From: Lachnospiraceae bacterium
GTDB taxonomy: Bacteria > Bacillota > Clostridia > Lachnospirales > Lachnospiraceae
Length of the DNA stretch: 64,000 bases
Direction: 5' to 3'
Assembly: GCA_045591685.1 (NCBI GenBank)
Contig: JAZNTK010000032.1
Location: 37,072-101,071 of the forward strand
Part shown: positions 47,313 through 56,692 of the stretch, one piece after another
Position numbering within the stretch: the first letter of the stretch is position 1
Layout of the letters: each line of letters begins with the position of its first letter
The notes under the pieces: generated by a model
Told to the model about the DNA's origin: nothing
The model's database searches: none
What the model saw: only the letters and a program-made list of their open reading frames with translations
Translations under genes and position numbers: made by a program

Positions 47313-49382
47313 TTAAATCAATGCATTTACATCCAAAATCAATGCAACTTCACCATCACCTAAAATGGTAGCACCACTGATTAACTTGCACTTGCCGATA
47401 AATTTACCCATAGACTTAATAACGATTTCCATCTGTCCAAGTAAATCATCAATGACAAGACCTGCAAAACGGTCACCCTTCTTTGCAATCAATACGGTCA
47501 TTTCATCTTCAGGATTACGTGTGCTTTCTACATCAAGAACCTGATCTAATCTAACAAGAGGAATCACCTTGCCTCTTAAGTGAATTACTTCTTTACCCTG
47601 TACAGTCTTTACGGAAGCAGGATCAATACTTTCAATAGTCTGAACCGCACCAAGTGAAATCGCATACTTTTCACCACCAACAACTACCATAAGTGCCTGA
47701 ATAATTGCAAGGGTCAAAGGAAGACGTACGATAAAAGTACTACCTTCGCCAAGCTTGGTTTTGGTTTCAATTTCACCGCTTAATGCTTCAATCTTACTCT
47801 TAACAACGTCAAGACCTACACCTCGGCCGGATACATCCGATACTGTCTTTGCAGTAGAGAAACTGGGAAGGAATAACAAATCAATGATATCCTTATCTGC
47901 CATGGTTTCTGCCTGCTCAGCAGTGATGGTTCCGCGTTCAATCGCTTTATTTTTAACAGCTTCCACATCGATACCGTTACCGTCATCACCAACTTCGATT
48001 ACTACGTTGTTACCATCCTGATATGCATTTAAGAAAATAGAACCAACTTCTGATTTACCGCGGGCCTTACGCACTTCTGCACTTTCCAAACCATGGTCAG
48101 CAGAGTTACGAAGCAAATGCATCAAAGGATCACCGATTTCATCCACTACGGTACGGTCAAGTTCTGTTTCTTCACCTGTCATATAAAGTTCCATCTTCTT
48201 ATCCAATTTCTTGGAAAGGTCACGAATCATACGAGGGAATTTACTTACAACGCTTTCAATGGGAACCATTCGAACCTTCATAACCGATTCATGAAGATTT
48301 GTAGTAACACTCTCTAAATACTCAATCTGTTCATTAAATGCAAGATTGGAAGAACCAACTTCATTTGCTGCAACACTGACAAGAGAGTTCTTGGAAATAA
48401 TAAGCTCACTTACGAGGTTCATCAATACATCAAGCTTTTCAATATCAACACGTACGGTACGGGTCGCAACAGGCTTGCCGACAGCTTTCTTGTCACCGCT
48501 CTTTGCAGGTGCTGCAGACTGTTCAGTCTTCACTGCAACCTTGGTATCTGCCTTCTTTGCAACTGCTGTTGTCTTAGCTGGTTCTGCAGCTTCCAGTTTG
48601 ATTTCTTCACCAACAGCGTCTTCAATTTCGGATACGTACTTAATCGCACCGATCACTTTATCCAGAGGGTGTTCTGTGAGGAAAATAATACTGAAATCAT
48701 TTTCAAATCTTTCATCTTCAATATCCTGTGCAGAAGGAACAGATACGATTACATCACCCAATTCCTCCAACGCCTTAAATACAAGGAATGCACGTGCTGC
48801 CTTTAAAATACAGGTTTCCTGCACATAAACGCTGATGCCGTATGCATGAATATTTTCTTTTGCGGCTTCTTCAATAACGTGACGCTCTACATCACCGATT
48901 TTAATATCACGCCATTTATCTTTCTTGGAACCGCCTGCAGCAGCCTTTTCTTCTTTTACTTCTGCTTTCGGTTCTTCTTTTGCAGCCACAGCTCCGCCCT
49001 TTGTTTCCAAGATGGTATTCAGGGCCTTAATCAAATGCTCATTATCATTGGTACCTTCATCAGCACCTTCCTGAATATTAGCAAGATACTCTTCCAACGC
49101 ATCCAGACACTGGAATAAAATATCAATCATATCAGCGTTTACCTTAATGGCACCGTTACGAACCTCTGAAAATACATTTTCCATATCATGGGTCAAAGTC
49201 TGCATTCTCTTATATCCCATGGTACCTGCCATACCTTTTAAGGAATGTGCCGCACGGAAAATTTCATTTACGGTATCCATATTTTCCGCATCCTGTTCCA
49301 ACGCCAGAATCTGAGTATTCAAATTCTGAAGGTGTTCTCTTGTCTCGTCAATAAAAATGTCTAAATACTGGCTTACGTCCAT
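47313..49382 (-). CDS. cheA: Chemotaxis histidine kinase
   Basis: FRAAHSLKG, HLLRNSADHG, DDGNGID, SGRGVGLDVV, C-terminal P5 domain. Confidence 0.98.
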   Translation of the reverse strand: MDVSQYLDIFIDETREHLQNLNTQILALEQDAENMDTVNEIFRAAHSLKGMAGTMGYKRMQTLTHDMENVFSEVRNGAIKVNADMIDILFQCLDALEEYLANIQEGADEGTNDNEHLIKALNTILETKGGAVAAKEEPKAEVKEEKAAAGGSKKDKWRDIKIGDVERHVIEEAAKENIHAYGISVYVQETCILKAARAFLVFKALEELGDVIVSVPSAQDIEDERFENDFSIIFLTEHPLDKVIGAIKYVSEIEDAVGEEIKLEAAEPAKTTAVAKKADTKVAVKTEQSAAPAKSGDKKAVGKPVATRTVRVDIEKLDVLMNLVSELIISKNSLVSVAANEVGSSNLAFNEQIEYLESVTTNLHESVMKVRMVPIESVVSKFPRMIRDLSKKLDKKMELYMTGEETELDRTVVDEIGDPLMHLLRNSADHGLESAEVRKARGKSEVGSIFLNAYQDGNNVVIEVGDDGNGIDVEAVKNKAIERGTITAEQAETMADKDIIDLLFLPSFSTAKTVSDVSGRGVGLDVVKSKIEALSGEIETKTKLGEGSTFIVRLPLTLAIIQALMVVVGGEKYAISLGAVQTIESIDPASVKTVQGKEVIHLRGKVIPLVRLDQVLDVESTRNPEDEMTVLIAKKGDRFAGLVIDDLLGQMEIVIKSMGKFIGKCKLISGATILGDGEVALILDVNALI

Positions 49383-49385
49383 CTC

Positions 49386-49976
49386 TTATACCCCCACATT
49401 AAATATAATTTCGTTTGCTATGTATTTTAAGTCAACTGCTTTATGTTTTATCTTGTGTTTTACGATACTCCCCGGCATTCCGAATACCACACAGGAGTTC
49501 TCGTTTTGTATAACAACCCGGACAGGCTTTTTTTGTTGAAGAAATTCAATTCCTTCCGTTCCGTCCGCTCCCATTCCGGTCATTACCACACATATCACTT
49601 CATCATACCCGCATCCGGCGAGAGATTCATACATGTAATTAGCGCAAGGTCTAACGCCTTCCCTATAAGGCTCATCCCGCAAATGAATCTTATGTCCGAT
49701 ACTATCTTTCACAATCTCCATATGCCATCCGGCTTTTGCAAGATATACATGTCCGTTCTGTAAAACATCTCCCTCTTCTGCTTCTTTTACATTTATTTCG
49801 CTGACAGAATTCAACCGCTCTGCCAAAGTATGCGTAAAACCATCCGGCATGTGTTGCACAATCAGCACCGGCGCATTCAAATCTTTAGGCAGTTTCGGAA
49901 TCACCTCCAGCAGTGCTCTCGGTCCGCCGGTAGAACATGCAATGGCAACAATCTTACCCGTTTTTCCGGCGGTCAT
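49386..49976 (-). CDS. cheB: CheB methylesterase, catalytic domain only (no receiver domain); start uncertain
   Basis: Catalytic triad motifs STGGP, QHMP, TGMGADG; even the longest open frame (235 aa) has no room for a REC domain. Confidence 0.9.
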   Translation of the reverse strand: MTAGKTGKIVAIACSTGGPRALLEVIPKLPKDLNAPVLIVQHMPDGFTHTLAERLNSVSEINVKEAEEGDVLQNGHVYLAKAGWHMEIVKDSIGHKIHLRDEPYREGVRPCANYMYESLAGCGYDEVICVVMTGMGADGTEGIEFLQQKKPVRVVIQNENSCVVFGMPGSIVKHKIKHKAVDLKYIANEIIFNVGV

Positions 49977-50277
49977 GAAATTGTCTGTTCTGATAAGTCC
50001 TTCACCTTCTTCTCGGGTTGTTTTAGGATTTATAAGTATATACATACTTATAGCCCATTTTATAGGTCGATTATAACACACATCATTCTTCACATGCGTG
50101 CATAGTAACTATTATATCCTTATTTTAACATTTTTTTTGCGAAAATAAAACATTATATCTGAAATTTTCTAAAAAATTACATGATTTGACGTATTTTTTA
50201 TCCAAAAATGCACATGACTTAATATAAATGAATACAATAAACCATAATCAAGATTTGCCGTTGGCAGAAAGGACATT

Positions 50278-51621
50278 ATGTCACATTTTAATCCCTTTGA
50301 CGAAAAACCCATGGCCATTGATAAAACCTTTATGGATTGGCGCATGATGGACCCGAAATCTTATAATAAATATGATACAGACCCCTATACCAAAACCAGA
50401 ATCATTTTAATGAACGGTACGGAATTTGAGGCTCAGTGGTTTTCCAGGAACTTTTCCCGCCACTGTGACAATAATGATTTAAGGCGCGAACTTGCATTAA
50501 CAAGAAGAATTGAGCAGCAACAGCAAAAAAGAATTGCTAACCTACGCCCCCGTAACGAAACCATTTTGGAAACCACTATCGCATATGAGCAACTGGCTGT
50601 AGATTTAACGGCAGCTCTTGCCAAAATGGAAAAAGACTGCAATGTTAAAAATGCTTTAAATTTTGCATTACTGGAAGACTTTGACCATTTGTACAGGTAT
50701 TCCAATCTTTTGGACTATGAATACGGAACCGATCCCAAGAAATTAGTCGGCGGATACACGGAAATCATGCCTGCAAGACCTACCATTGCAGAGCACCGCT
50801 ATCCTTTTGATTCCATTTTCCCTCATATTTGCAATAAAAAAGCCTGCATGCAGACCAAATTGAATGTTAATATCATTACTGCCGCAGAGCAACAGACAAT
50901 GAATTATTATATGAATGTTGCACCTCTTTATTGTAACTCTGACTTAGGAAGAAGACTTTATACCGAAATCGGTATGATTGAAGAAGAACATGTATCCCAG
51001 TATGAAAGCTTGAAAGATACCAACGCAACCTGGCTTGAAGACCTTTTATTACATGAATATACCGAATGCTACCTCTATTATTCCTGCATGCAAACAGAAT
51101 GCGATGGCTACATCCGCCGCATTTGGGAAGAATGCCTGATTCAGGAAATTGCACATCTGCACAAAGCCAAGGACCTTTTATGGAAATACGAAAAGAAAGA
51201 TTGGCAGCAGGTAATTCCGGATGGTACTTTCCCTTCTGTATTGGTATTAGGTTCTAACATTGAATATGTGCGAAATATCGTTGCCACAACCACAGGAAAT
51301 ACACAGAAAAATGAATGTGTGGTTCCATTAAATGTTTTAAAAGAGAATGATTCGTTCTTCTACTATCAAAATATTGTAAACAATGACGTCCGAAACGTGG
51401 CAAGTCATGAAACCATTGCAAAATATATACGAAACAAAGGCCGCGATTATCGTTATGAAGTCGCAGAACATCCGATTTGTCTATTAAGGGACCGCACCTG
51501 TGATAATACCTCCATTGCACGCATCCCTTGCGACACCCCCGAATCTACCTCGATTTGCGGAACTACAGCTCAGAATTGCACCTGCACTGCAAAAGATTGT
51601 GGCGAAACTGTAAAATGGTAA
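50278..51621 (+). CDS. Tandem ferritin-like (di-metal four-helix bundle) protein with a Cys-rich tail
   Basis: Repeated E...ExxH-type pattern: GTEFE/EQQQ/YEQ/EDFDH, then AEQQT/EEEH/HEYTE/EIAH; GAAAGGA RBS. Confidence 0.7.
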   Translation: MSHFNPFDEKPMAIDKTFMDWRMMDPKSYNKYDTDPYTKTRIILMNGTEFEAQWFSRNFSRHCDNNDLRRELALTRRIEQQQQKRIANLRPRNETILETTIAYEQLAVDLTAALAKMEKDCNVKNALNFALLEDFDHLYRYSNLLDYEYGTDPKKLVGGYTEIMPARPTIAEHRYPFDSIFPHICNKKACMQTKLNVNIITAAEQQTMNYYMNVAPLYCNSDLGRRLYTEIGMIEEEHVSQYESLKDTNATWLEDLLLHEYTECYLYYSCMQTECDGYIRRIWEECLIQEIAHLHKAKDLLWKYEKKDWQQVIPDGTFPSVLVLGSNIEYVRNIVATTTGNTQKNECVVPLNVLKENDSFFYYQNIVNNDVRNVASHETIAKYIRNKGRDYRYEVAEHPICLLRDRTCDNTSIARIPCDTPESTSICGTTAQNCTCTAKDCGETVKW

Positions 51622-51664
51622 TTTACCAACACTGAATTTATTTGCCGCAAAATATTATAATAAT

Positions 51665-51709
51665 AAAAAACTTCCGACTGACAGCATTACCTGTCGGTCG
51701 GAAGCTTTT
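51665..51709. terminator. Bidirectional terminator between the ferritin-like and PilZ genes
   Basis: AAAAAA-CTTCCGACTGACAG-loop-CTGTCGGTCGGAAG-CTTTT. Confidence 0.85.
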
Positions 51710-51735
51710 AACGTTTATAATTCACTATATTTTAA

Positions 51736-52470
51736 TTATTCTCTCTGTCTTTTTTTACGTTCTTCTTCAAAAATATAACGAATATTTTCTTCCCTCTCTC
51801 TGGGACTGATGTACATAAATCTCACACGTTGCTCATATTGTCCGGGATTATTTTCCAGACGCTTACAGCTTAACAGTTCTCCGGCAATGCACATACGCTT
51901 ATTACCGCTTTCTCTGCGTAAAACATAATTACATACAACAATAGACTTCGGTTCAAACGGTGTTGCCGACGTGAATCGCAATCCGCCACCGCTCAAATCA
52001 AGAATCACCGCTTTATCACCCTTAAGATCATCTTCAGCAATAAACTGTCCTTCTTTATCAATTCCGCGTTTTTCTTCCGACGACAATTCACGTACTTCCA
52101 TATCAATCATACAGGGAAAACGATAAAATTCCCTGCGCTGATACTTCTGAAGCGGACTGGTAATCTTCATCTCCAACAAATACAACGAACCGTTTTTATA
52201 TCGATTTGCAACCTTTGCATCACATTGAAACAGTCCTCTTGATGTAAAAAAGTGAATATGATATTCCCCGTTTACCGGCAAAAGCACCAGTTTTGTCTGC
52301 TCTATGGGCATAAAAATTTCCAAGCGGTCTTCACCGATAACATCAACCACTTTAGACTCGTATATTTTACGTTCCCCACCGGCATCGTTTAATACACGTT
52401 CTATAGCTTCAAGCTCAATCCTTGCCCCAGGCGATATGAATTTGGATAATAAAAATTCCTGTTCAATCAT
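51736..52470 (-). CDS. YcgR/MotI-like PilZ-domain flagellar brake protein
   Basis: c-di-GMP-binding motifs QRREFYR and DLSGGG. Confidence 0.9.
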   Translation of the reverse strand: MIEQEFLLSKFISPGARIELEAIERVLNDAGGERKIYESKVVDVIGEDRLEIFMPIEQTKLVLLPVNGEYHIHFFTSRGLFQCDAKVANRYKNGSLYLLEMKITSPLQKYQRREFYRFPCMIDMEVRELSSEEKRGIDKEGQFIAEDDLKGDKAVILDLSGGGLRFTSATPFEPKSIVVCNYVLRRESGNKRMCIAGELLSCKRLENNPGQYEQRVRFMYISPREREENIRYIFEEERKKRQRE

Positions 52471-53345
52471 GTCGTCTTTTTACCGGCTACGATGTGTGAA
52501 AAAAATGCAGCCATACCCCTTTTTTGAATTTTTTTATCAACTTCTTTGTTCATAAGAACCGATGCAATTGTTTCATATGCAACGGCCGATTTCGCTTTCG
52601 GATTTTCAAGCGATACAGGCATCTGTTGCATTACCGCTTCAGAAAGTGCCTGATCCTGCGGTATGCTGCCAAGGAATTCAAGTTTCAGACTTAAATACTT
52701 CGATACAACAGCATTTAATTTATTAAACAAAGTACGCCCTTCCTGTTCGGAAGATACCCTGTTTGATATTACCTTAATCTGCGAATAATCATTAGAAAAT
52801 CTCGGATGCCGGTTCAATGCTTTTAACAACGAATATGCATCTGTAATAGATGTCGGCTCCGGTGTGGTTACAAGAAGAATTTCACCGCTTGCTACCAAAA
52901 ATTCCAATACCGCATCCGAAATGCCGGCTCCGGTGTCAATAATAATCACATCTGCCATAGCATCCAATTGTGCCAGATTTTTAATGATATAGGTAAGATA
53001 ATCCCGGCTCAAATCCGACATTCCCACGATACCCGAGCCACCGCTGATAAAACCAACTTCTCCCGGTCCCCAAGTAATAATATCACTCATATTCATGCCT
53101 TTATAAATCAAATCATAAAGGCTGTGTTTTGGTACTGCGCCAAACATAATTTCAATATTTGCGAGGCCAAAATCCGCATCCAGAATAATTACCTTCTGAC
53201 CCATTTTACGGAATTGAACTGCAAGATTGATTGCTGTATTGGATTTACCAACACCACCCTTACCACTGGTAACTGTGATAACTCTTGCCAACGGGCGCTG
53301 TTGGTTTGCTTTTATTATATTACGTAACTGTTGCGCCTGGTCCAT
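52467..53345 (-). CDS. flhG: MinD-like flagellar number regulator
   Basis: MDQAQQLR, SGKGGVGKS, DTGAG, TPEPTSITDAY. Confidence 0.94.
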   Translation of the reverse strand: MDQAQQLRNIIKANQQRPLARVITVTSGKGGVGKSNTAINLAVQFRKMGQKVIILDADFGLANIEIMFGAVPKHSLYDLIYKGMNMSDIITWGPGEVGFISGGSGIVGMSDLSRDYLTYIIKNLAQLDAMADVIIIDTGAGISDAVLEFLVASGEILLVTTPEPTSITDAYSLLKALNRHPRFSNDYSQIKVISNRVSSEQEGRTLFNKLNAVVSKYLSLKLEFLGSIPQDQALSEAVMQQMPVSLENPKAKSAVAYETIASVLMNKEVDKKIQKRGMAAFFSHIVAGKKTT

Positions 53346-53365
53346 GTGTCCCTCTGCTTTCTCTA

Positions 53366-54574
53366 CTACTTCCCGCCTAACAACTTCTTAACGGTACTTT
53401 GTGCGTTAAATGTTTCAATATCATCCGGTACGTTTTGTCCGCAAGTTGTATAGGACATTGCCGCACCTGTATATATTTTTACATTTAAAAGGTTTCCATA
53501 TGCCGATGTTTCGTCTAGCTTTGTAAAGATAATCTTATAATCGAACATCTTCTTATACTTATCTGCAATGCTTAAAAGGTCTTTGTATTTTGTAGTTGCT
53601 GATACTACAAGATAAACTTCATTTTCGATGTTTCCGTCTGCCGCCTTCACAAAGTCTGCCATATCATCCCTCTGTTTATCATTGTTCTGGGAATGACCTG
53701 CGGTATCCACCAATATGTAGTCATAGTTAGCAAAATCATTTATTGCTTCACTTATTTCATCAGCGGTATATATAACACGGAAAGGAACCTCTAAAATATT
53801 TGCATAGGTTCGAAGCTGCTCTGTTGCCGCAATTCGATAAGTATCTGCGGTAAGGAGTGCGATTTTTTTCTTATCTTCCACAACGAATTTGGAAGCAATT
53901 TTCGCTATAGTTGTAGTTTTTCCAACGCCGGTAGTTCCTACGAAGAATACCATTTTCGGACCATTCTTGGCGGGTTCAATACACTCTGCTTTCCCGAAGC
54001 GCAGAATCATTCGCTGATACACATTAGATAAAATATGCTCCATGGGCATATTGGGTTTTAACATCTTTTTCACTTCTGCAAGAATAGAATCTGCATATTT
54101 AGCATCTACTTCATTCTCAAGGAGTGTGTCGCGAATTAAAGTCAATACTGCCGTGGTTCTGTCCTGTTCTTCTTTTTTCGGTGTATTTTCTACGGATTCT
54201 TTTACTTCTTCTTTCTCTTCTGAAGCTTTTCCCTCATCTCTTCTTTGGATCTGTTGTTCCAAAAGAGAATGCAGGCTATCCAGTTTTTCTTCCAATATAC
54301 GCTCTTCTTTTACCGAAACTTCTTCCTTGTTCTCACGTTTGGGCGCAGGTTGCTGCGAAACGGATACTGTTGCCGCACTCTCTTTTCGCGTTACAACTTC
54401 CCGTTCCTCCTCTTTCGCAACGGTAATTTCCACATATGCTTTTTTCAGAATTCTGGAAAAACCCTTGGGTTTTACTGTTTTAACATTCATTAAAACAATA
54501 TTATCCCCTAGCTCCTTCTTGGCATTTTCCATTGCCTCTGCTTCCGTTTTTCCCTGATATTTTTTAATTATCAT
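53366..54574 (-). CDS. flhF: Flagellar biosynthesis GTPase
   Basis: GVGKTTT, DTYRIAA, DTAG, TKLDET, GQNVPDD. Confidence 0.96.
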   Translation of the reverse strand: MIIKKYQGKTEAEAMENAKKELGDNIVLMNVKTVKPKGFSRILKKAYVEITVAKEEEREVVTRKESAATVSVSQQPAPKRENKEEVSVKEERILEEKLDSLHSLLEQQIQRRDEGKASEEKEEVKESVENTPKKEEQDRTTAVLTLIRDTLLENEVDAKYADSILAEVKKMLKPNMPMEHILSNVYQRMILRFGKAECIEPAKNGPKMVFFVGTTGVGKTTTIAKIASKFVVEDKKKIALLTADTYRIAATEQLRTYANILEVPFRVIYTADEISEAINDFANYDYILVDTAGHSQNNDKQRDDMADFVKAADGNIENEVYLVVSATTKYKDLLSIADKYKKMFDYKIIFTKLDETSAYGNLLNVKIYTGAAMSYTTCGQNVPDDIETFNAQSTVKKLLGGK

Positions 54575-56607
54575 GCTACTGTCACCATCCCAACGGATTG
54601 TAATTCTACATCAGATTCAATTTCGTTGTAAGAAATTACAATTAAGTCTTTGAAATAATCTTCGGATAACTTTTTAAAATACATACGTACTATAGGCGAT
54701 GTCAGAATAATGGGATTCTTTCCGATTCGCTCTAGCTTCTCGGTTTCGGTTTCCACACTCTTCATAATCTTTTTGATTTTTTCGGGATCCAAGGTCAAAT
54801 ATGCCCCCTGTTCCGTCTGTTTTACACTTCCCATAATCTCCTGTTCCAGCTTCGGATCCAAAGTGACCACACTGGTAGTCTCATTGGGCGGAAAATATTT
54901 ACCGGATATGGCACGTTTCAAACTCTGTCTTACATATTCCGTTAAAATATCCGTATCCCTTGTAGTAGTTGCATGGTCAGCAAGTGTTTCAAAAATCGTA
55001 AGCAGGTCTCGGATGGAAATTCCTTCCCTTAAAAGATTCTGCAATACTTTTTGCACCTCACCAAGCCCAAGAAGCTTAGGAACAAGTTCATCAATCAGTA
55101 CAGGATTACTTTCTTTCAGATTATCAACCAGATGCTGTACATCCTGTCTTGTAAGCAACTCTGCCAAATGATGTCTGATAATCTCAGTTAAATGTGTGGC
55201 AATAATCGAAGGCGGGTCTACTACCGTATATCCGGAAGCTTCTGCACGCTCTCTCTGCCCTTCCGTAATCCAGAGTGCAGGTAAATGGAAGGAAGGTTCA
55301 TAGGTAGGAATACCTGTAATTTCCTCCGTAACATACCCCGGATTCATTGCCATATAATGGTCAAAAAGGATTTCTCCTTCACTAACCTGAATACCTTTTA
55401 TCTTAATGATATATTGATTCGGATTTAACTGGATATTATCACGCAAACGGATAATAGGCACTACCGTACCCAGTTCCAGAGCAATCTGTCTACGAATCAT
55501 AACAACACGATCCAGCAAGTCTCCACCTTGGTTCACATCTGCCAACGGAATAATACCGTAACCGAATTCCAATTCGATAGGATCCACCTGCAATAGGGAA
55601 TTGACATTTTCCGGTTTTCGGATTTCGCTTGCTGCCACTTCCTCCTGATCCACTTCCGCTTCGATGCCGGCTGTTTCCAAAGAATTGGCCATCAATCTTC
55701 CCGAAATAATAAATACCGCACCAAATGCTACATACAAAAGAAGATTAAGCGGTGTTAAAATACCCAGTGCCATAATGGTTGCACCTACAAGATACATTAC
55801 TTTGGGCACACCAAACAACTGCTTAACAAGTACATTTCCAAAGTCTGCATCCTTAGAGCCTTTGGTTACCAAAATACCGGTTGCCAAAGAAATCATCAGG
55901 GAAGGAATCTGGCTTACCAGACCATCACCGATTGTAAGAATGGTATAATGTTGCAAAGCATCCATAATATCCATGCCCTGCATTAACATACCGGTTAAAA
56001 TACCACCCACAATATTAACCACAGTAATAATCAAACCTGCGGTAGCATCTCCTTTTACATACTTAACAGCACCATCCATGGAGCCGAAAAAGCTGGCTTC
56101 ATGCTGAATTTTATCACGTCGGATTTTCGCCTCTTCGTCTGTAATGGCACCGGTATTCAAATCCGCATCAATCGCCATCTGCTTACCGGGCATAGCATCC
56201 AAGGTAAAACGTGCCGTTACTTCAGCCACACGTTCAGAACCTTTATTGATAACCATAAACTGAACCAAAATTAAAATAAGGAAAATAACCACACCGATTA
56301 CAAGATTACCGGCACCAACGAATCCACCAAAGGTAGATACTACGTTTCCGGCCTCACCGGTTGATAAAATCAAACGGGTAGACGAAACATTCAATGCAAT
56401 ACGGAATATGGTTGTAAAAAGCAAAATAGTCGGGAAGAACGACATATCCAATACTTCTTTGGCAAACATACAACCAAATAAGATAATAAACGATACAGAA
56501 ATATTGAATGTCATTAAAATATCCAACATCCAACTGGGCAGGGGCACAATCATCATGACAATCGCAGCCAGCAAATACAATGCTACGCCTATATCCGCTT
56601 TTTTCAC
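54571..56607 (-). CDS. flhA: Flagellar export gate protein
   Basis: RVAEVTARFTLDAMPGKQMAIDADL, IGDGLVSQIP; GTG start after GGAGG. Confidence 0.98.
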   Translation of the reverse strand: MKKADIGVALYLLAAIVMMIVPLPSWMLDILMTFNISVSFIILFGCMFAKEVLDMSFFPTILLFTTIFRIALNVSSTRLILSTGEAGNVVSTFGGFVGAGNLVIGVVIFLILILVQFMVINKGSERVAEVTARFTLDAMPGKQMAIDADLNTGAITDEEAKIRRDKIQHEASFFGSMDGAVKYVKGDATAGLIITVVNIVGGILTGMLMQGMDIMDALQHYTILTIGDGLVSQIPSLMISLATGILVTKGSKDADFGNVLVKQLFGVPKVMYLVGATIMALGILTPLNLLLYVAFGAVFIISGRLMANSLETAGIEAEVDQEEVAASEIRKPENVNSLLQVDPIELEFGYGIIPLADVNQGGDLLDRVVMIRRQIALELGTVVPIIRLRDNIQLNPNQYIIKIKGIQVSEGEILFDHYMAMNPGYVTEEITGIPTYEPSFHLPALWITEGQRERAEASGYTVVDPPSIIATHLTEIIRHHLAELLTRQDVQHLVDNLKESNPVLIDELVPKLLGLGEVQKVLQNLLREGISIRDLLTIFETLADHATTTRDTDILTEYVRQSLKRAISGKYFPPNETTSVVTLDPKLEQEIMGSVKQTEQGAYLTLDPEKIKKIMKSVETETEKLERIGKNPIILTSPIVRMYFKKLSEDYFKDLIVISYNEIESDVELQSVGMVTVA

Positions 56608-56692
56608 GTATTGCACCTCCTTCTTTTGCTTTTTATTATTTTTATCTACATATTTCTTTTATTTAAAAATCACTCTAAACAACTCTGTATTT

